The notes under the pieces: model-generated | What the model was told of the DNA's origin: nothing | The model's database searches: none | Seen by the model: the letters and a program-made list of their open reading frames with translations, nothing else | Origin: a bacterium | GTDB lineage: Bacteria > UBA10199 > 2-02-FULL-50-16 > JAJFLM01 | Direction of reading: 5' to 3' | DNA: 64,000 nucleotides | Assembly (NCBI GenBank): GCA_965216315.1 | Contig: CBDCFN010000016.1 | Coordinates: forward strand, 1,056,001 to 1,120,000 | Program-made: the position numbers and the translations under genes | Shown: positions 58,362 through 64,000 of the stretch, piece after piece | Layout of the letters: every line of letters starts with the position of its first letter | Numbering within the stretch: the stretch's first letter is position 1

Positions 58362-59143
58362 TGTCACGAATTGATGCAACATTTGCGACTCTAAAGAAGC
58401 GGGGGCAAAAAGCCCTTATTCCTTTCATTACGGCAGGTGATCCATCACTGGCAAAGACAAAAGCCTACGTCAAAGCCTTGGTTGATGGAGGGGCTGATAT
58501 TATTGAGCTCGGTATGCCATTCAGTGATCCGATGGCGGACGGACCCGTTATCCAGGAGGCGGATGAAAGGGCGCTTAAGCATGGAACTAACTTAACGGGA
58601 ATATTGCGTCTTGTTAGCGAATTGAGGCGTCAGGTCTCCGTGCCGATTGTTTTGATGGGTTATTATAATCCCGTGTATCGCTATGGGATTAAAAAATTTT
58701 CACGGGATGCGCAGCGTGCAGGCGTAGATGGATGTCTTTTGGCTGATTTGCCATTAGAAGAATCAGATGAAGTTTTGGGGGCTTTCAACGCACGGGATAT
58801 TGATTTTATCTATCTTTTAGCCCCGACCAGTAACGTGAAGCGCGTCAAAGGGATTGCCAAAAAAGCGAGTGGGTATTTGTATTATGTTTCTATGACCGGA
58901 ATCACGGGGGCGCAGTTGAACCAGCTAAAGGGCGTGCAGCAAAAAGTAAGGACGATTCGTCGGTATGCGAAGCAGCCACTTGCTGTTGGTTTTGGCATTT
59001 CGAAGCCGGCGCAGGCGCGTGCGGTTGCAAAGTTTGCCGATGGTGTTGTGGTGGGAAGCGCCTTTGTTAAGCAAATAGGCAAGGGTGTGCCACCAAAGGA
59101 AATCAAGCGAATGGCGGCTAGTTTTAAGAAGGCAATGAACTGA
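58361..59143 (+). CDS. trpA: Tryptophan synthase alpha subunit
   Basis: [17 protein letters not shown] and VGFGIS motifs. Confidence 0.97.
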   Translation: MSRIDATFATLKKRGQKALIPFITAGDPSLAKTKAYVKALVDGGADIIELGMPFSDPMADGPVIQEADERALKHGTNLTGILRLVSELRRQVSVPIVLMGYYNPVYRYGIKKFSRDAQRAGVDGCLLADLPLEESDEVLGAFNARDIDFIYLLAPTSNVKRVKGIAKKASGYLYYVSMTGITGAQLNQLKGVQQKVRTIRRYAKQPLAVGFGISKPAQARAVAKFADGVVVGSAFVKQIGKGVPPKEIKRMAASFKKAMN

Positions 59144-61593
59144 TGGAATCAAAGTACCATCCCCAAATTATCGAGAAGAAATGGCAGCAACGCTGGGAAG
59201 AAGCGAAGGCCTTTGTAGCCAGGGAAGGTGATCCTGAGCATAAGTATTATTGTCTGGAGATGTTTCCCTATCCATCGGGGCGTATCCATATGGGGCACGT
59301 TCGCAACTACTCAATAGGTGATGCGGTAGCACGCTATAAGAGCTTGCAGGGCTTCGACGTGCTTCATCCGATGGGTTGGGATGCGTTCGGATTGCCGGCG
59401 GAAAACGCGGCGATTGCTAATAAAGTTCATCCTATCCAGTGGACCCAGCAGAATATCAAGACAATGACCCAGCAATTGACCCGTATGGGGTTCTCTTACG
59501 ATTGGGATCGAGAGCTGGCGACTTGTGATCCGAATTATTATAAATGGGAGCAGCTGGTCTTTTTGCGTATGTATGAGAAGGGCCTGGCTTATCGGAAACA
59601 TTCATTAGTCAATTGGTGTCCGGGTTGTGAAACGGTATTGGCAAACGAGCAGGTTGAGCAAGGTCGTTGCTGGCGTTGTGAGTCAGAAGTGTCGCAAAAA
59701 CCATTAGAGCAGTGGTTTCTTAAGATAACGGATTACGCGGAGGAGTTGCACGACGATCTCGGACGACTTATAGGCTGGCCCGACAGAGTGCGAACCATGC
59801 AACGAGAATGGATTGGCCGTAGCGAAGGCGCCAAAATACGTTTTGCGCTCGAAGGGCATAGTGAAGACTTCATCGAGGTTTTTACAACGCGTCCGGATAC
59901 TTTGTTTGGTGTGACTTTCATGTCGCTTGCGCCTGAACATCATTTGGTGCGTTCGCTGGCAAATGCAGGAGGGCAAAAGGCTGAGGTTGAATCATTCTTA
60001 GAGCGCGTTGCCCATATTAGTCGCGAACAACGCTTAGCCGGTAGTTACGAGAAGGAAGGGGTGTTTACGGGGAGTTACTGTCAACATCCCATGACCGGAC
60101 AGGATATCCCCATCTATGTCGCTAACTTCGTATTGATGGAATACGGCACCGGTGCCGTCATGGCGGTGCCCGCGCACGATCAAAGGGATTATGAGTTTGC
60201 GCGCAAATATCGTCTGCCTATTCGTGTGGTTATACAGCCTGAGGATCGCCATCTGGAATCAGAAGAAATTGAAGCCGCCTATGAAGATCCGGGAATTATG
60301 GATAATTCTCCGGGCTTCAATGGAGAACCAAGCGGGGCTGGAAAGAAAAAGATAACCGCTGCCTTGGAGAAAAAGGGCTTAGGTGAAACGTCCATTCATT
60401 ACCGGTTGCGTGATTGGGGGGTGAGTCGTCAGCGATACTGGGGGGCTCCGATCCCGATTATTTATTGTGAGGTTTGTGGTGTTGTTCCCGTACCGGTAGA
60501 GCAGCTGCCGGTCACTTTGCCGGAGGATGCTCCGTTGGGTGGAGAAGGGGGCTCGCCATTGGCGCAGGTAGACCATTGGGTGCATACGGAATGCCCCAAG
60601 TGCCAAGGTGAAGCGCGTCGTGAAACGGATACCTTTGATACGTTTTTTGAGTCGTCCTGGTATTTTGCGCGTTATTGTTCACCGCATGAAGATAAGGATG
60701 TCGTGAATAAGGCAGCTGTTGAACATTGGATGCCCGTAGATCAGTACATCGGAGGGGTTGAGCATGCTGTCTTGCATCTGCTTTATGCACGATTCTTTAC
60801 GAAAGTACTCCGTGATTTCGGTTGGCTGAGTTGGGATGAACCCTTTAGGAATTTGCTTACGCAGGGGATGGTCATCAAGGGTGGTGCGAAAATGAGTAAA
60901 TCCAAGGGTAACGTCGTTGATCCTGACGAACTTATCGAGAAATATGGAGCTGATACGGCACGCCTGTTTTCTTTATTTGCAGCGCCGCCCGAAAAAGATC
61001 TGGATTGGAATGAGCAAGGCGTCGAAGGGATGTACCGTTTCTTGAAACGGCTCTGGAATACCGCTTTTGAGTTCATTAATAGCGAGTCGGAGGCGGCGAC
61101 ACAAGGTGAAGCTCTTCAACAAAAAATTCATCAGACAATTAAGAAAATGACGGATGACATGGAGCGCTTTCATTTTAATACGGCGATTTCGGCCATGATG
61201 GAACTGCTTAACGCCATTCCGCGTGCTGAAAATAAACAAGTTGTTGCATCGCCGATGGTTCGATCCGCTCTTGAGACGATCGTGGTTTGTCTTTGGCCAA
61301 TTGCTCCGCATATTTGCGAAGAAATTTGGGAGGCGCTGGGGCATCAGGAGGGCTTGTGGAAGCAGGTGTGGCCGGTTTACGATGAAGCCTATCTGAAAAG
61401 CGATGTGACTACGATTGTCGTGCAAGTCAACGGCAAGTTGAGAGCACGATTAGATCTTCCAGCTGATATTGATGAAGAGGGAGCGAAAGAGGCAGCGCTT
61501 GCAGAAGAAAAAGTAAGTAAACATGTTGCCGGCAAGACAATACGGAAGATAATTTTTGTAAAAGGAAAGTTGCTCAATATCGTCGCGACTTGA
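59143..61593 (+). CDS. leuS: Leucine--tRNA ligase
   Basis: MFPYPSG, HMGH, KMSKS and the editing-domain motif [12 protein letters not shown]. Confidence 0.98.
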   Translation: MESKYHPQIIEKKWQQRWEEAKAFVAREGDPEHKYYCLEMFPYPSGRIHMGHVRNYSIGDAVARYKSLQGFDVLHPMGWDAFGLPAENAAIANKVHPIQWTQQNIKTMTQQLTRMGFSYDWDRELATCDPNYYKWEQLVFLRMYEKGLAYRKHSLVNWCPGCETVLANEQVEQGRCWRCESEVSQKPLEQWFLKITDYAEELHDDLGRLIGWPDRVRTMQREWIGRSEGAKIRFALEGHSEDFIEVFTTRPDTLFGVTFMSLAPEHHLVRSLANAGGQKAEVESFLERVAHISREQRLAGSYEKEGVFTGSYCQHPMTGQDIPIYVANFVLMEYGTGAVMAVPAHDQRDYEFARKYRLPIRVVIQPEDRHLESEEIEAAYEDPGIMDNSPGFNGEPSGAGKKKITAALEKKGLGETSIHYRLRDWGVSRQRYWGAPIPIIYCEVCGVVPVPVEQLPVTLPEDAPLGGEGGSPLAQVDHWVHTECPKCQGEARRETDTFDTFFESSWYFARYCSPHEDKDVVNKAAVEHWMPVDQYIGGVEHAVLHLLYARFFTKVLRDFGWLSWDEPFRNLLTQGMVIKGGAKMSKSKGNVVDPDELIEKYGADTARLFSLFAAPPEKDLDWNEQGVEGMYRFLKRLWNTAFEFINSESEAATQGEALQQKIHQTIKKMTDDMERFHFNTAISAMMELLNAIPRAENKQVVASPMVRSALETIVVCLWPIAPHICEEIWEALGHQEGLWKQVWPVYDEAYLKSDVTTIVVQVNGKLRARLDLPADIDEEGAKEAALAEEKVSKHVAGKTIRKIIFVKGKLLNIVAT

Positions 61594-62540
61594 ATCAAAT
61601 GATCTATTTAGCAGTAGGCGACATTCCATTTCTGCAGGATCGTGCGCTGGCTCGGATCCGTAAAGAGCAGGGCGGGCGCCAGCCGGATAGTTTCTTTGGC
61701 CCCGAACTCAATGTTAAGTCCCTCCAAGAGGTCTGTTGTAATCTTTCTCTCTTAGGCGATACGCCCTTTATAATCGTGCGTTCCGCTGAGCGGATCGCTA
61801 AAAAGTCGCAGACTTTGCTTTTAGATTTTCTGCCCGCTGTTCCCGATGATGTCTGTCTTGTATTTGTTGCCGAGAAAATTGATAAGCGCCTCAAGTTCTG
61901 GCAGCGACTTGTTAAGTTGGCTGAACTTATCTCATGCGAGGCCCCCCCGCCGCGAGAACGGCGTCAGTGGCTTGAAAAAGAAGCCAGGCGTCGCGGTCTT
62001 GAAGTCGCTGCCGATGCGCGCAGTATCTTGATTGAAGTCGGGCAGGCTGATTTCAGTCAGGCTCTACTGCTTTTAGATAAGCTTGCCATTTATCTTGGTG
62101 ATTCGAAGCGGGTCGATCGTGAGGCGATCGAAGCCTGTTGCATCGGAGGGTCTCCGGTCAAGATATTCGAGTGGGCCGATGCTGTCGGGGCGGCGGACTG
62201 GAAGAAGGCATTAATGATACTGCAGGGTTTGTGGATCAACCAAGAGGCGCCGTTGGCGGTACTGGCCTTGTTGGTTAGGCACTATCGCATTCTACTGCGT
62301 GCCGTCGAAAACAGGGCGTTATGGGGACGCCCACAAGAGATGGCCCGTGTCCTCGGTGTTCCGCCATTTACGGTTGATCGTTATCTGCAGCAGGCCCGTC
62401 ACTATCGTCGCGAGGATCTCATCGGTTTGTGGCAAGAACTTCAGTCTTGCGATCGCCAGCTAAAATCCAGCCCTGGCAAGAAAGAGTTGGAAGTCGAAAA
62501 ACTTTTTCTGAATATTCGTAGATTAAGAAAGGCAAGTTAG
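61590..62540 (+). CDS. holA: DNA polymerase III delta subunit
   Basis: Size, position between leuS and rpsT, and the motifs SLLGD, DKRLK and DRQLKSS. Start is TTG 61590 or ATG 61599. Confidence 0.85.
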   Translation: MNQMIYLAVGDIPFLQDRALARIRKEQGGRQPDSFFGPELNVKSLQEVCCNLSLLGDTPFIIVRSAERIAKKSQTLLLDFLPAVPDDVCLVFVAEKIDKRLKFWQRLVKLAELISCEAPPPRERRQWLEKEARRRGLEVAADARSILIEVGQADFSQALLLLDKLAIYLGDSKRVDREAIEACCIGGSPVKIFEWADAVGAADWKKALMILQGLWINQEAPLAVLALLVRHYRILLRAVENRALWGRPQEMARVLGVPPFTVDRYLQQARHYRREDLIGLWQELQSCDRQLKSSPGKKELEVEKLFLNIRRLRKAS

Positions 62541-62550
62541 CCGTTAGGCC

Positions 62551-62847
62551 CTATGAAAGCCTGTCAAGGCGGCTATTGAGACGGGAGATCTTCCGGTGTC
62601 CGGTTTTGACGTTGATCAGACCTTTTTTGATGGCGCGATCTGTCAGGGATTGAGTCTTAATGAAGAGTTCTTGCGCCGCCTTCTTATCAACGCCTTCGAT
62701 GGCTTGAATAAGCTTTTTGGTGACGGTTCGAACCGTCGACAAGGCGGGCTTATTCGACTCTTTGCGCCTTTCGCTCTGGCGATGGCGCTTGATGACGCTT
62801 AAGTGCCTTCCCGAGCCTAATTTCTTTTTCTTTCCGTCTGTGGCCAT
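62551..62847 (-). CDS. rpsT: 30S ribosomal protein S20
   Basis: SVIKRHRQSERR..N, KKGLI..RKISRL; holA-rpsT-murJ synteny; ATG 62847. Confidence 0.9.
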   Translation of the reverse strand: MATDGKKKKLGSGRHLSVIKRHRQSERRKESNKPALSTVRTVTKKLIQAIEGVDKKAAQELFIKTQSLTDRAIKKGLINVKTGHRKISRLNSRLDRLS

Positions 62848-62929
62848 TGGACGGAATGTGGTAGCACCGAGCCTCCAGCGTGTCAATTCTATTCTTGCCA
62901 AGTGCGGGCGGACCGGTTAGCGAAGGTTT

Positions 62930-64000
62930 ATGGTGGAAAAAGGCAAGATCATGCGACGCACGGGCACCGTAGCGGGTCTGACCCTGATTTCACGCATTTT
63001 CGGCCTCATCCGTGACATGGCCATTGCCTATGCCTTTGGAGCGCACCGGTCAGCGGATGCTTTTTTTGTCGCCTTTCGCATCCCTAATCTGCTCCGCCGT
63101 TTCTTTGCCGAAGGCGCCCTGACCATCAGTTTTGTCCCCGTGTTTACGGATTATCTGCGGAAAGACAAAAGAGAGGCGCACCATGTCGTCAACGTATCTT
63201 TTACCTTGCTCAGCCTCGTTCTCTTAGGAGTCGTGGCGATAGGTGTGCTGGCGGCTCCCTGGATTGTCAAGGCCATTGCCTATGGCTTCACTGAGAACCC
63301 GGATAAGTTTGCAACGACAGTGCTGCTCACGCGCATCATGTTCCCTTTTATATTACTCGTGAGTCTGGCTGGGTTGGGCATGGGTGTCCTCAATTCCCTG
63401 AAGCATTTTGGGGCGCCGGCAGCCGCGCCGATATTATTAAATTGCGGGATTATTCTCGGTGCCATCGTGATCTCGCATTATGTGGATCCTCCCGTGATGG
63501 GCCTGGCGATCGGTGTGCTTATTGGTGGTTTGTTCCAATTCGGAATTCATCTACCTTTTATGATTCGTTATGGGATGGGGCCGCGCTTTGAATTTAACTT
63601 CAAGCATCCGGCGGTTAAAAAAATACTCCCAATGATGGGGGCTTCGGCCTATGGCGCGGCTGTTTACCAGATCAATGTCGTCGTGATTACTTTCTTGGCT
63701 TCGTTTTTAGCCGAAGGGAGCGTGTCCTGGCTTTGGTATGCGGATCGCATTATGGAATTTCCCTTAGGGATTTTTGGCATTTCCATGGCAACCGTCCTGT
63801 TGCCGACGATGTCTGACCATGCATCCGACGAGGATCATGAGAAGATGCGTGAAACGTTGAATTACGGTTTGCGCATGACCTTTTTCTTTACGGTGCCGGC
63901 GATGATTGGCTTGATTATTCTTTCCGAGCCCATCATGCGCGTCATCTTTCAGCACGGAAGCTTTACGGCGACATCGGCAGCGGCCTCGGCCCAAGCGTTG
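62930..64000 (+). CDS. murJ: Lipid II flippase MurJ (MviN), 3' end outside window
   Basis: Manual translation from ATG 62930 gives TLISRIFGLIRD, ADAFFVAFRIPNLLRRFFAEGA and LWYADRIMEFPLGIFG. Confidence 0.95.
   Translation, partial: MVEKGKIMRRTGTVAGLTLISRIFGLIRDMAIAYAFGAHRSADAFFVAFRIPNLLRRFFAEGALTISFVPVFTDYLRKDKREAHHVVNVSFTLLSLVLLGVVAIGVLAAPWIVKAIAYGFTENPDKFATTVLLTRIMFPFILLVSLAGLGMGVLNSLKHFGAPAAAPILLNCGIILGAIVISHYVDPPVMGLAIGVLIGGLFQFGIHLPFMIRYGMGPRFEFNFKHPAVKKILPMMGASAYGAAVYQINVVVITFLASFLAEGSVSWLWYADRIMEFPLGIFGISMATVLLPTMSDHASDEDHEKMRETLNYGLRMTFFFTVPAMIGLIILSEPIMRVIFQHGSFTATSAAASAQAL

Noticed and set aside
1..64000. tRNA, rRNA, CRISPR arrays, IS elements, integrases or prophage genes
   Set aside because: None was recognised by eye. 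Intergenic gaps are short and contain no repeat-spacer arrays; tRNAscan or Infernal would be needed to exclude small RNAs.

Overview
Gene-dense bacterial chromosome segment. MYXO-CTERM-like tails, multidomain Ser/Thr kinases and sigma54 control suggest a deltaproteobacterial-type or Myxococcota-like lineage, but that assignment is inference. Housekeeping blocks sit at both ends: slt, csp, ftsB, ruvCAB and yebC on the left; MMPL-trpEGDCFBA-leuS-holA, rpsT and murJ on the right. The accessory middle contains: (1) a 1511-aa kinase-NTPase-TPR-GAF-sigma54 activator divergent from a perfect sigma54 promoter with two IHF sites that drives lipoproteins; (2) a second sigma54 promoter driving a two-in-one surface polyprotein with an internal sorting signal followed by a second signal peptide; (3) six unrelated cytoplasmic-type enzymes: two kinase/FGE-like paralogues, an MBL-fold phosphodiesterase-like protein, an adenylate cyclase-NTPase-TPR protein, a cysteine desulfurase and a cysteine dioxygenase. 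All six carry a similar uncharged non-Sec N-terminal leader, and all five of their transcription units are preceded by the same CAAC-N15-(C/G)CGA promoter-like motif. This is the best candidate for an undescribed system: an alternative-sigma regulon of exported, effector-like enzymes. No rRNA, tRNA, CRISPR array or mobile element was recognised. All product calls come from motif recognition by eye, without database searches.
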